Assembly: GCA_937864115.1 (NCBI GenBank)
Contig: CALMII010000059.1
Span: forward strand, 116,812 to 180,811
Length of the DNA stretch: 64,000 nt
From: an uncultured Steroidobacter sp.
GTDB lineage: Bacteria > Pseudomonadota > Gammaproteobacteria > Steroidobacterales > Steroidobacteraceae
Reading direction: 5' to 3'
The translations under genes were made by a program, and so were the position numbers. The notes under the pieces were generated by a model that saw only the letters and a list, made by a program, of their open reading frames with translations, did not search any database and was not told where the DNA came from. The number at the start of each line of letters is the position of its first letter. Within the stretch, counting starts at the first letter, position 1. This document shows positions 55,713 to 64,000 of this stretch, in pieces.

Positions 55713-56648
55713 TTGGTTTCAGTTGCACCCCTGTCGTCGCCGGGCCGCTATCCCTCCAGCGACTCGCTGTTCCTGATCGACGCGTCGATCTTCGTCTTCC
55801 GCGCCTGGCATTCGGTGCCGAACAACGTCGTCGACTTCGACGGCAATCCCGTCAATGCCATGCACGGCTTCGCGCGCTTCCTCGGCGATCTGCTCGAACA
55901 GGTGCGCCCCGGCCACATCGCCGTGGCCTTCGACGAGCGTACGGCGAACTCCTTCCGCAGCCTGCTGTATCCGCCCTACAAGGCGAATCGCGAACCGGCG
56001 CCTCTCGAACTGAAGCGCCAATTCCTGCTGTGCCGGCAGGTGTGCCGCGCCATGGGCATCGCTAGCTTCTGCGGCGGCGACTACGAGGCCGACGACATCA
56101 TCGGCACGCTCGCGACCCAGGCGCGTGCGAGTGCCAAGCCCGTGGTGATCGTCTCGCGCGACAAGGATCTGACGCAGCTCGTACGCCACGGCGACGAGTA
56201 CTGGGACTACCTCGACGATCGCCGCTATCGCTACGCCGACATTGCCGAACGTTTCGGCGTCGTGCCCGAGCGCATGGCCTGCTTCCTGGCATTGATGGGC
56301 GATGCGGTCGACAACATTCCCGGCGTGCCCGGCATCGGCCGCAAGACGGCGTCGATGCTGTTCCGTCACTACGAATCGGTGTCCCAGCTCTACGACAATC
56401 TCGACAGCGTGCTGCGACTCAAGCTGCGTAACGCCGGCTTCGTCTGCGGCCAGCTGCGCGATCACCGCGATTCGGTCTTTCTCGCGCGCAAGCTCACCGG
56501 CATCGCCTGCGACATTCCATTGCAGGTGACGCTGCACGACCTGCGCCGGCGTCGTCCGAATCTCGACGCGCTGCATCGCCTGTACGATTCCGTCGGTTTC
56601 GGCCGGCTGCTGCGCAACCAGGCCGAGCGCATCGCTGCGCTGCAGTAG
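55713..56648 (+). CDS. Stand-alone 5'-3' exonuclease / flap endonuclease (PIN + H3TH)
   Basis: LIDASIFVFRAW, VAFD, YPPYKANR, YEADDIIGTLA, SRDKDLTQL, GDAVDNIPGVPGIGRKTA motifs; no polymerase domain. Confidence 0.92.
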   Translation: MVSVAPLSSPGRYPSSDSLFLIDASIFVFRAWHSVPNNVVDFDGNPVNAMHGFARFLGDLLEQVRPGHIAVAFDERTANSFRSLLYPPYKANREPAPLELKRQFLLCRQVCRAMGIASFCGGDYEADDIIGTLATQARASAKPVVIVSRDKDLTQLVRHGDEYWDYLDDRRYRYADIAERFGVVPERMACFLALMGDAVDNIPGVPGIGRKTASMLFRHYESVSQLYDNLDSVLRLKLRNAGFVCGQLRDHRDSVFLARKLTGIACDIPLQVTLHDLRRRRPNLDALHRLYDSVGFGRLLRNQAERIAALQ

Positions 56649-56656
56649 GAGCCTTG

Positions 56657-56713
56657 CTGTGGGGCCGGCTTCAGCCGGCCTCTTTCAGAGTCAGGCTGAA
56701 GCCTGACCCACAG
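56657..56713 (-). repeat. REP doublet, copy 5 (both ends GTGG)
   Basis: ctgtggggccggcttcagccggcc...gtcaggctgaagcctgacccacag. Confidence 0.88.
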
Positions 56714-56721
56714 CCGGAGTA

Positions 56722-56752
56722 TTGACAACGCTTTCGACGAGACCGTTATATC
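56722..56752 (+). promoter_or_regulatory. Candidate sigma70 promoter for the hydrolase gene
   Basis: Perfect TTGACA at 56722-56727, then (T)TATAT 18-19 nt later, just before ATG 56759; the spacing is suboptimal. Confidence 0.35.
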
Positions 56753-56758
56753 TGCGGC

Positions 56759-57595
56759 ATGAGCGGGTCACCTGCAGCCACCCCTGCCGATCTTCGAATC
56801 ACCTCGCGCGCACTGCCTGTTCGCGAGCACGCGAACACCGCGCGCTGGTGGCACGGCGGCGATCCGGTCGCGACGGCGTGGTTCAACGCCCTGTCCGTGA
56901 CGTTTCCGCAAGGGGAGACGTTCTTCATCGAGTCGGTGCGGCGTTATCGCGATGAGGTCGGGTCCGGGCTCGGGGAACAGATCAACGCCTTCGTCCAGCA
57001 GGAGGCCATGCACACGCGCGAGCATGTCGCCTTCAATAAATTGATCAGGCAGGCGGGCTACAGCACCGCACGCATGGACGAACACACGCGCAAGCGGCTG
57101 GATATCGCGCGCTCCCGTCATCCGATCGGCCAGCTGGCCATGACGGTCGCGCTGGAGCATTTCACGGCGATCCTGGCGCATGCGCTGCTGACCGATGCCG
57201 ATCCGCTTCCCGGAGCGCCGCCGGACGTGCTCAAGCTGTGGCAATGGCACGCCATCGAAGAGATCGAACACAAGAGCGTCGCCTATGACACCTACGTGGC
57301 GGCCACCAAGAACCTGTCCGCGGCGCGATGCTATTTCATCCGCTGCAAGGTGATGCTCCTCGTGAGCCTGCTGTTCTGGAAAGCGAACTTTCGCCACATG
57401 GCCGACTTCTGCCGCCAGGATGGGATGAATTCGGCCGGCACCTGGTGGCGCGTCGCGAAGTACCTGCTGGGCCGGCCCGGCATCGTGCGCAAGATATTCC
57501 GCCCCTATCTCAGCTTCTACCGGCCCGGCTTCCATCCCTGGGATCACGACGACCGGGCACTGATCGCGCGAGTCGAGCAAAGCCTGGTGGCGTGA
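56759..57595 (+). CDS. Predicted metal-dependent hydrolase (PF10118-type, ExxH motifs)
   Basis: FPQGETFFIESVR, QEAMHTREH, LEHFTA, WHAIEEIEHKSVAYD motifs. Confidence 0.87.
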   Translation: MSGSPAATPADLRITSRALPVREHANTARWWHGGDPVATAWFNALSVTFPQGETFFIESVRRYRDEVGSGLGEQINAFVQQEAMHTREHVAFNKLIRQAGYSTARMDEHTRKRLDIARSRHPIGQLAMTVALEHFTAILAHALLTDADPLPGAPPDVLKLWQWHAIEEIEHKSVAYDTYVAATKNLSAARCYFIRCKVMLLVSLLFWKANFRHMADFCRQDGMNSAGTWWRVAKYLLGRPGIVRKIFRPYLSFYRPGFHPWDHDDRALIARVEQSLVA

Positions 57596-57722
57596 TCAGG
57601 TACGGACCCCGTCCCGAAGGAATCGCTGCCGCCAGTTTCTCCCGGAATCCACCAGAAATTCGCTGCCCGCGCACTGGCGGGACACGCACGATCTGCCCGG
57701 TACCAGCCGCAGGAGAAGGATC

Positions 57723-58121
57723 GTGTGCAGGCTTGCGTGGATCGTCGTGGTCGGTGGCTTTTCGTTGACGGGTTCGGTGCTGGCGGCCGAGCGTCCCATC
57801 TATCGTTGCGAAACCGCCGCGGGTGTCGTGTTTGCGGACCGGCCCTGCGGACCGGACAGCGAACCCTATTCGCCCGATCTCGATTCGGTCAGCGTAATGA
57901 CCACCGTGCCCGCGCAGCCGGTCACGACCAGGGCTGCGTCCTCGCCGCGGCGGACAGCCATCGAGGCGAAGGACACCCGGGCGGAAGCCTGCGCCCGCAT
58001 CGACCAGTCACTGCGCAAGATCGCCTCGACGATGCGGGCCGGCTACTCGGCCAGGCAGGGCGAGCGGCTCAAGGAACGCAAGCGCGACCTGGAAACGCAG
58101 CGCCGGGCGCGACGCTGCTGA
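57723..58121 (+). CDS. DUF4124-like exported protein
   Basis: Signal peptide; IYRCETAAGVVFADRPC motif; C-terminal helical segment ending in Cys. Confidence 0.72.
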   Translation: MCRLAWIVVVGGFSLTGSVLAAERPIYRCETAAGVVFADRPCGPDSEPYSPDLDSVSVMTTVPAQPVTTRAASSPRRTAIEAKDTRAEACARIDQSLRKIASTMRAGYSARQGERLKERKRDLETQRRARRC

Positions 58122-58273
58122 TTCCGGTGACTGGTCAATGGGCGGCGCATCTCCCCTCCGCCCGTTCCCTGAGCGCATAATCGCCGCAGCTCCGGCGAGC
58201 GCCGGGCCCCACATACTTTCAACAACACCAGTCTTCGGGGGATGCAGCCATGCGTATCGAGTGCGCGTCAAGG

Positions 58274-58756
58274 ATGGCGGTACGAATCCTTTCCTTGCTG
58301 ATGCTTGCTGTCACGGTGCCGATCGGCGTTTACGCGCAGGGCAGCAAGACCGGCGACGAACTGCTGGCGCAGGCGCAGGCCGCGTTGTCCAAGGGCAAGC
58401 CCGAGGAAGCCGTGTCGATCCTGCGCAAGGCCATCGATGCGGAGCCGAACCGTGCCGACCTGTACCTGCTGCGCTCCCGGGCGCGCGATTCGTCGGGCAA
58501 GTTCGACGCCGCGCTCGAGGACGCGAGCAAATACGTCGAGCTGGCGCCGAACGATTCGCTGGGCTATCTCAACCGCGCGCGCGTCTACCTGTCGCTCGAG
58601 AAGAAGGACAAGGCGCTCGAGGATGCCAACAAGGCCATCGCGCTCGCGCCGCAGGATCCGGACGGCTACTACCGTCGCGCGGACATCTACAACGAGATGG
58701 GCAAGGAAGCCGAAGCCAGGGCCGATGAGGCGAAGGCTGACGAGCTGGACAAGTAA
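58274..58756 (+). CDS. Exported tetratricopeptide-repeat protein
   Basis: Signal peptide; repeats AIDAEPNRADLY, YVELAPNDSLGYLNRA, AIALAPQDPDGYYRRA. Start 58274 or 58250. Confidence 0.85.
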   Translation: MAVRILSLLMLAVTVPIGVYAQGSKTGDELLAQAQAALSKGKPEEAVSILRKAIDAEPNRADLYLLRSRARDSSGKFDAALEDASKYVELAPNDSLGYLNRARVYLSLEKKDKALEDANKAIALAPQDPDGYYRRADIYNEMGKEAEARADEAKADELDK

Positions 58757-58773
58757 AGAGCACTGCCAATCCG

Positions 58774-59289
58774 ATGACCTTCGTCTATTGTCCGAAATGC
58801 GCGGCGCCGCTGGTGGATTCGACCGTCGATCGCGAGCCGCGCCGCGTCTGTTCGCGCCCCTGCGGGTTCATTTATTACGACAATCCCACGCCGGTGGTGG
58901 CCGCCGTCGTCGAGCACGAGGGCAGGATCGTTCTTGCCCACAATCGTGCCTGGCCGAGCCGGAGCTTCTTCGGCCTGATCACCGGGTTTCTGGAACAGCG
59001 CGAAAGCCCGGCGCAATGCGCGATCCGCGAGGTCAAGGAAGAACTGAACCTCGACGCCGCCGCGGAACCGACGCTCATCGGCGTCTATCCCTTCGAGCGC
59101 ATGAACCAGGTCATCATCGCCTACCACGTGCTCGCGTCAGGCACGGTCGCGCTCAACGAAGAACTCGATGATCACCGGCACGTGCCGTTCGACGAATGTT
59201 TCTACTGGCCGGCCGGAACGGGATTCGCGCTGCGCGACTGGTTGCGCAGCAAGGGATATGAGCCGGCGATGGTCGAGTTGCGAAGATAA
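58774..59289 (+). CDS. NUDIX hydrolase with N-terminal zinc ribbon (NudC-like)
   Basis: CPKC...CSRPC ribbon, YDNPTPVVA, Nudix box GFLEQRESPAQCAIREVKEELNL. Confidence 0.88.
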   Translation: MTFVYCPKCAAPLVDSTVDREPRRVCSRPCGFIYYDNPTPVVAAVVEHEGRIVLAHNRAWPSRSFFGLITGFLEQRESPAQCAIREVKEELNLDAAAEPTLIGVYPFERMNQVIIAYHVLASGTVALNEELDDHRHVPFDECFYWPAGTGFALRDWLRSKGYEPAMVELRR

Positions 59290-59315
59290 GCGAGGAGGGC
59301 CGCTGCTTTTTCTTG

Positions 59316-59396
59316 CTGTAGGTCAGGCTTTCCCGCGGGATTTCCTTCGGTCACAGCCTGACTCTGACAAAGAGGCCGGCTGAAGCCGGCCCCACA
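59316..59396 (+). repeat. REP doublet, copy 6, with 25-nt expanded loop
   Basis: ctgtaggtcaggct-TTCCCGCGGGATTTCCTTCGGTCAC-agcctgac...gccggctgaagccggccccaca. Confidence 0.88.
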
Positions 59397-59639
59397 AAAA
59401 GGTTACCGCAGCACTTCCCGAGCGCGATGGCCGCAGCGAAAATGTTCCTGGAGAGGATCATCGATGTCTCCGGCGAATTGGAAGGTCGCAAGCCTGGCGT
59501 ATCGCCCCGTCAGGATTTGTCGGGCTCCGGGAAAAACGCCAGTGATGCCCGGGCGCGTATGCGGCGATCACCGATTTCGCGCGCAACTGTGTGGCAACGA
59601 TCCGTTGTCGGCGTGCGAGAATTCGCGCCGGGAATCGTC

Positions 59640-60404
59640 GTGGAGTGCAACGTGTTATTGCGCGGTGAGGATGCCGTCGGGGCATTGCAGGAGTTCGGTT
59701 GTGCGTTGCTGACCCCCGTGCAGGTCGAGCATCAACTGCACTCGCCGGCTCGTGCCCTGGACGAACTCGGCCGCTTCTGGGAACGCCTGCCGCGCGACAC
59801 GTATCTGCGCGACGGCGGACGCTATCGTTACCGTCGCCACAGCTGCTTCGTCTACGAGACGTCGAGCGGCCGGCTCGAACAGGCGCCGCATCGCGCGCAT
59901 TGGCAGCCAACCGACTACAACGCCCTGCACGGCGGCATGGAGCGCTGGTTCGAGCCCATCGAACCGGAGGTCGTGAACAACCCGGTCTGGCAGAAATTCC
60001 TCGCCGGGCTCGGTGCCGCGTTCACGCGAACCCGTCCCGTCGATCGCTGGTACATCGAAGCGCATCAGTTCCGGATCGACACGGCCGAGGGCATCGGTCG
60101 ACCGACGCCCGAAGGCGCGCATCGCGACGGCGTGGACTACGTTGCCGTGACGCTCGTGCAGCGACACCAGGTCCGCGGCGGCGAAACGCGCGTGTTCGAA
60201 GCGCGGGGAACCGCCGGCGTGCGGTTTACGATGGTCGAACCCTGGACGACGCTGCTGCTCGATGACGCACGCGTGATTCATGAAACCACGCCGATCCAGC
60301 CGGAAGGCGCGGGCGGCGTGCGCGATACCCTGGTCCTGACGTATCGGGCGGGCGGGTTCCAGAGCCCGCCCCTGGCTGTGGGGCCGGCTTCAGCCGGCTT
60401 CTGA
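59640..60404 (+). CDS. 2OG-Fe(II) dioxygenase family protein (PF10014/BsmA-like)
   Basis: YLRDGGRYRYRRHS, PHRAHWQ, YNALHGG, EAHQFRI, PTPEGAHRDG (HxD), VIHETTP, RDTLVLT. Start uncertain (GTG 59640 preferred over 59427). Confidence 0.87.
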   Translation: MECNVLLRGEDAVGALQEFGCALLTPVQVEHQLHSPARALDELGRFWERLPRDTYLRDGGRYRYRRHSCFVYETSSGRLEQAPHRAHWQPTDYNALHGGMERWFEPIEPEVVNNPVWQKFLAGLGAAFTRTRPVDRWYIEAHQFRIDTAEGIGRPTPEGAHRDGVDYVAVTLVQRHQVRGGETRVFEARGTAGVRFTMVEPWTTLLLDDARVIHETTPIQPEGAGGVRDTLVLTYRAGGFQSPPLAVGPASAGF

Positions 60405-60453
60405 GGAGTCAGGCTGTGACCGAAGGAATCCCGCGGGAAAGCCTGACCTACAG
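60376..60453 (-). repeat. REP doublet, copy 7, with 24-nt expanded loop, inverted relative to copy 6
   Basis: Reverse complement ctgtaggtcaggct-TTCCCGCGGGATTCCTTCGGTCAC-agcctgac...; overlaps the last codons of the dioxygenase gene. Confidence 0.88.
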
Positions 60454-60541
60454 GCCTCATCTGTCTGCAAAAGGAACCCCGGTACCCGCAGCAGAAACCG
60501 TTCACAATACCGCCCGCCATCCGCCATCTACCGCAACCGCC

Positions 60542-61372
60542 ATGTCATTCGCCGCACGCCTGCAAGCCGCCATCGCCGCCCACAGCCCGCTGTGTGTCGG
60601 CATCGATCCCTCCGCATCGCTGCTGAAAAGCTGCGGATTGCCGGATTCCGCCGAAGGCGCATTCGAGTTCGGCAAGCGCGTGCTCGCAGCGGCGCAGTTC
60701 GAGTTGTCGATCATCAAGCCGCAGTCGGCGTTCTTCGAGCGCTTCGGCAGCGCAGGCTTTCGTGCCCTGGAGGAGCTGACGAAGCTGGCGCGCGCGCGCG
60801 AGGTGATGGTGCTGATCGATGGCAAGCGCGGCGACATCGACACGACGGCCGAGGCGTATGCAGAGGGTTATTTCTCGGCAGCGACGCCGCTGCGCGTCGA
60901 TGCCGTCACCACGCATGCCTACCTGGGTTTCGCGGCGCTGGAGAAATTTCTGGCGATCGCCCTTCGCAACGAGGGCGGCGTGTTCGTGGTCGTGCGCTCA
61001 TCGAATCCCGAAGGTCGCGATCTGCAGCTCGCGAAGCTGCCCAATGGCGAAACCGTCGCCGGCAACCTGTCGCGGCTCATCACCGAACGCAATCGCGCCT
61101 GGGGCGAAGGACTCGGTCCGATCGGCGCCGTCGTGGGCGCGACCTGCGACGATGCGGCGGAGACCGTTGCGGCCCTGCCGTCCGCCTTCATCCTTGCCCC
61201 GGGTGTCGGCGCGCAAGGGGCCACGATGCAGGACGTGCTGAAACGCATGCCGGCGGCGAAGGGTCGCGTACTGCCGAACGTTTCGCGCGCGATTCTTGCC
61301 AGCGGCACCTCGAGCGACGAGATCCGCCAGACCATCCGGAGCCTGCAGGAGCAGGCGCGCCAGCTCCTCTGA
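60542..61372 (+). CDS. pyrF: Orotidine-5'-phosphate decarboxylase (subfamily 2)
   Basis: LCVGIDP, IKPQSAFFE, DGKRGDI (DxKxxDI), RSSNP, GAVVGAT, LAPGVGAQG, NVSRAI motifs. Start ATG 60542. Confidence 0.93.
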   Translation: MSFAARLQAAIAAHSPLCVGIDPSASLLKSCGLPDSAEGAFEFGKRVLAAAQFELSIIKPQSAFFERFGSAGFRALEELTKLARAREVMVLIDGKRGDIDTTAEAYAEGYFSAATPLRVDAVTTHAYLGFAALEKFLAIALRNEGGVFVVVRSSNPEGRDLQLAKLPNGETVAGNLSRLITERNRAWGEGLGPIGAVVGATCDDAAETVAALPSAFILAPGVGAQGATMQDVLKRMPAAKGRVLPNVSRAILASGTSSDEIRQTIRSLQEQARQLL

Positions 61373-61382
61373 AGGAGAAACG

Positions 61383-61685
61383 ATGCACTACCTGCTGTTC
61401 TACGAATTCGTGCCCGACTATCTCGAACGACGCGCCCAGTTCCGCACCGAGCACCTGAACCGCGCCTGGCAATCGGCGACCCGCGGCGAACTGCTGGCCG
61501 GCGGCGCGCTCGCCGAGCCCGCCGATGGCGGCGTGCTGTTCTTCAACTGCGATTCCGCTGCCGTGCCCGAACGCTTCGCCGCCGAAGATCCCTACGTGAA
61601 GAACGGGCTCGTCAAGCGCTGGTACGTACGGCGCTGGACCACGGTCGTCGGCGAACTCGCGGAGTCGCCTGTGCGGAGTTCATGA
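61383..61685 (+). CDS. YciI-family protein
   Basis: YLERRAQFRTEHL, LAGGALAEPADG, FAAEDPYVKNGLV motifs; AGGAG RBS. Start ATG 61383. Confidence 0.9.
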   Translation: MHYLLFYEFVPDYLERRAQFRTEHLNRAWQSATRGELLAGGALAEPADGGVLFFNCDSAAVPERFAAEDPYVKNGLVKRWYVRRWTTVVGELAESPVRSS

Positions 61686-61686
61686 G

Positions 61687-61801
61687 GGAGTGACGAAAGT
61701 CACGAGGGTCACGGAAGTCACGAAGGTGCGCAATGCGTCGGCTGACTTCTGAAGCTCATCACCCTCGTGACTTTCGTGACCCTCGTGACTTTCGTCACTC
61801 C
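61687..61801. repeat. Palindrome of 9-bp GTCACGA(A/G)(A/G) units
   Basis: 40-bp arms 61687-61726 / 61762-61801 with 2 mismatches, between convergent genes. Confidence 0.9.
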
Positions 61802-61812
61802 TTCGTTCTTTC

Positions 61813-63873
61813 CTACTTTCCGATCTCTTCCAACGCCCCCGGCATCCCCACCGCGAAACCCTGCGCATAGTCGACGCCGATGTCGCGCAGCTTGTCCATC
61901 ACGGCCACGCTCTCCACGGATTCGGCGACGACCTTCTTGCCCATCGCGTGGCCGATGTCGGTGATGGAGCGCACCATCTCCAGATCGACCGGGTCGGTGA
62001 TGATGTTGCCGACGAACAGGCCGTCGATCTTGAGGAAGTCGACGCTCAATGCCTTGAGATAGGCGAACGATGAAACGCCGCTGCCGAAGTCGTCGAGACT
62101 GAAGGCGCAGCCGAGTGCGCGCAGTCCCGAGATGAGCTGGTTGGCGCGCGAGAGATTGCCGATGGCCGCCGTCTCGGTGATCTCGAAGCCGATCTTGTGC
62201 GGCGATACATGCGATTCGCGCAACAGGCCGCGGATGAATTCGAGCAGTTGCGGATCGCCGAGCGAATCGCCCGACAGGTTCACGAACAACCGTGCGACGC
62301 GTTCGGCGCGCTGGCGGTTCGATGCCAGCCACTGCAGTGCCGCAGTGATGACCCAGCGATCCAGTCGTTGCGACAGGTTGTAGCGTTCGACGGATGGCAG
62401 GAACGCGCCCGGCGGCACGATGCGTCCCGATTCGTCGCGCATGCGCAGCAGCAGCTCGTAGTTGCGCACGCCGCCGATGTTGCTGGCGACGGGAACGATC
62501 GCCTGCGCTTCGAGGAAGAAGCGGTTTTCCGCCAGCGCCTGCTTCACGCGTGCGACCCACTGCATCTCGCCGTGGCGCTGCGCCGCGACGCTGTCGTCTT
62601 CGCGATAGACATGGATGCGATTGCGTCCCTGATCCTTCGCCGCGTAGCACGCCGCATCGGCCGCCTGCAGCAGCTGGGTGATGCGGCGGAATGCGCCGGT
62701 CACCGGTACGACGCCGATGCTGGCGCCGACCGAGAAGGTGCTGTTGCCCCAGACGAACTGGTGCTGCTCGACGGCGCGCAGCAGGCCCGTGGCAACGGCG
62801 GTCGCGTCCTCCAGCGAACAGTTGTGCAGCAGCAATCCGAATTCGTCGCCGCCGAGGCGCGCGAGCGTGTCGTTGCTGCGCACGCGCTCCTGCAGCGTCT
62901 GCGCGAGCTGCCGCAGCAGTTCGTCGCCGGCGACGTGGCCGCAGCTGTCGTTGATGACCTTGAACTGATCGAGATCCACGTAACACAGCGCATGCGCGGC
63001 GTTGTTCGACTGCGCGGTGTCCAGCGCGCTTTGCAGGCGCGACTCGAACTCGCGGCGATTGATCAGGCCGGTCAGCGCATCGTGGCTGGCCTCGTAGGAA
63101 AGCTGGCGCGAAAGTTCGTGCGCCTCGGTGATGTCGGTCAGGGTGCCTTCGTAATAGATGGTGCGTCCCTGTTCGTTGCGTACCGCGCGCGAGTTCTCCA
63201 GCACCACGATGCGCTTGCCGTCCTTGCGCCGCAGCACCAGCTCGGCATTGCGGATCTCGCCGGCCGCCGCCATGGCGCGCATCCAGTTGTCGCGATCCTC
63301 GGCATACATGTAGAGGTCGCGGGCGATGTTGAGTTCGAGCAGTTCGTCCTCGGCGGCATAGCCGAGCAGTCTGACCAGCGCCGGGTTGGCGGCCATGAAG
63401 TGGCCGTCGGGCGTCGTCTGGAAGACGCCGGCTACCACATTCTCATACAGCTCGCGATAGCGTGTTTCCGATGCCTTCAACGCGAGCAGGGTATGGGTAC
63501 GCTCAGTCGCATAGCGCAGCGCCTTGCCGAGCAGATTGCTGACCACCTGCTGCTTGATGAGGTAGTCGAGCGCGCCCCGTTCGACGGCTTCGATGCCCAG
63601 GTCCTCATCGGCCTGGCCGACGAGCACGATGACGGGATAAGTATTCGCCTTCGGCTGCAATCGCAGGAACGTGGTGATGCCGAGGCTGTCGGGGAGATTC
63701 AGGTCGACCAGGATGACATCGAGATGTCCCTGCCGGATGCGGGCAAGGCCCTCGGCGAAGGTGCGCGCGACGTCGAGCTGGTACGGGCCGGAACGCAGTT
63801 CGGCGAGTTCCTCACGAATGAGTTGCTCGTCTTCCGGGTGAGCGTCGATCAACAGGACAGTCGTGGAGTCCAT
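61813..63873 (-). CDS. REC-PAS-GGDEF-EAL c-di-GMP signalling protein
   Basis: Receiver LVDLNLPD, PAS, RSND I-site + GGDEF, ELL variant of EAL, FEITET, DDFGSG, LKIDG, YAQG motifs. Confidence 0.94.
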   Translation of the reverse strand: MDSTTVLLIDAHPEDEQLIREELAELRSGPYQLDVARTFAEGLARIRQGHLDVILVDLNLPDSLGITTFLRLQPKANTYPVIVLVGQADEDLGIEAVERGALDYLIKQQVVSNLLGKALRYATERTHTLLALKASETRYRELYENVVAGVFQTTPDGHFMAANPALVRLLGYAAEDELLELNIARDLYMYAEDRDNWMRAMAAAGEIRNAELVLRRKDGKRIVVLENSRAVRNEQGRTIYYEGTLTDITEAHELSRQLSYEASHDALTGLINRREFESRLQSALDTAQSNNAAHALCYVDLDQFKVINDSCGHVAGDELLRQLAQTLQERVRSNDTLARLGGDEFGLLLHNCSLEDATAVATGLLRAVEQHQFVWGNSTFSVGASIGVVPVTGAFRRITQLLQAADAACYAAKDQGRNRIHVYREDDSVAAQRHGEMQWVARVKQALAENRFFLEAQAIVPVASNIGGVRNYELLLRMRDESGRIVPPGAFLPSVERYNLSQRLDRWVITAALQWLASNRQRAERVARLFVNLSGDSLGDPQLLEFIRGLLRESHVSPHKIGFEITETAAIGNLSRANQLISGLRALGCAFSLDDFGSGVSSFAYLKALSVDFLKIDGLFVGNIITDPVDLEMVRSITDIGHAMGKKVVAESVESVAVMDKLRDIGVDYAQGFAVGMPGALEEIGK

Positions 63874-64000
63874 GTGGGGCGAAGATTACAGCGCCGAACG
63901 ACAACAGGCGACAGGTGCGGGCACGGTTGCCCGCGACCCCTAGTCTTGTGGCGGCGATCATTGGTTAGAATCCTTTCATGACGTTACTTCGAGTCGCCGA

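Noticed and set aside
59427-59639. N-terminal 71-aa extension of the dioxygenase (and the similar extension of pyrF from 60416)
   Set aside because: No family similarity; the pyrF extension starts inside a REP. Treated as non-coding leaders.
63978-64000. Possible start of a plus-strand gene (ATG 63978, TAGAAT upstream)
   Set aside because: Only 7 codons are visible; cannot be supported.
1-64000. tRNA, rRNA, tmRNA or other structured ncRNA genes
   Set aside because: None recognised by eye; a tRNAscan/Infernal run would be needed to exclude them formally.

Overview
High-GC gammaproteobacterial chromosomal window; gene order suggests a Steroidobacteraceae/Xanthomonadales-like organism (inference). 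The backbone is housekeeping: rlmJ, hemF, topA-smg-dprA-LysM, def-fmt-rsmB-DUF4390-ntrY-ntrX, SPOR-argS-priA, pntA1/A2/B, pyrF. Five accessory features stand out. (1) A three-gene defence island (19766-26409) sits directly behind ntrX: a Schlafen/AlbA_2-GHKL-wHTH protein overlapping a type III mod gene, followed by an intact res. The mod gene has a low-GC recognition domain and is frameshifted at a C14 homopolymer, which is either a phase-variation switch or an assembly error. (2) A 16-kb aryl-polyene/xanthomonadin-type type II PKS cluster (32803-48793) is split into two divergent operons, each with its own ACP, KS and dehydratase pair. It includes a halogenase-motif flavoprotein, and a chorismate-lyase-like gene lies nearby. 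(3) Seven GTAG/GTGG REP doublets are present. Two near-identical direct copies bracket a PilZ + chorismate-lyase cassette, and two inverted loop-expanded copies bracket a 2OG-Fe dioxygenase gene. (4) A family of long palindromes built from 9-bp (and one from 7-bp) tandem units lies behind stop codons, one nested inside another. (5) A yhcG/DUF1016 gene remnant carries two deletions. No rRNA, tRNA, CRISPR array, integrase or transposase was recognised. All assignments come from motif recognition by eye; no database searches were run.
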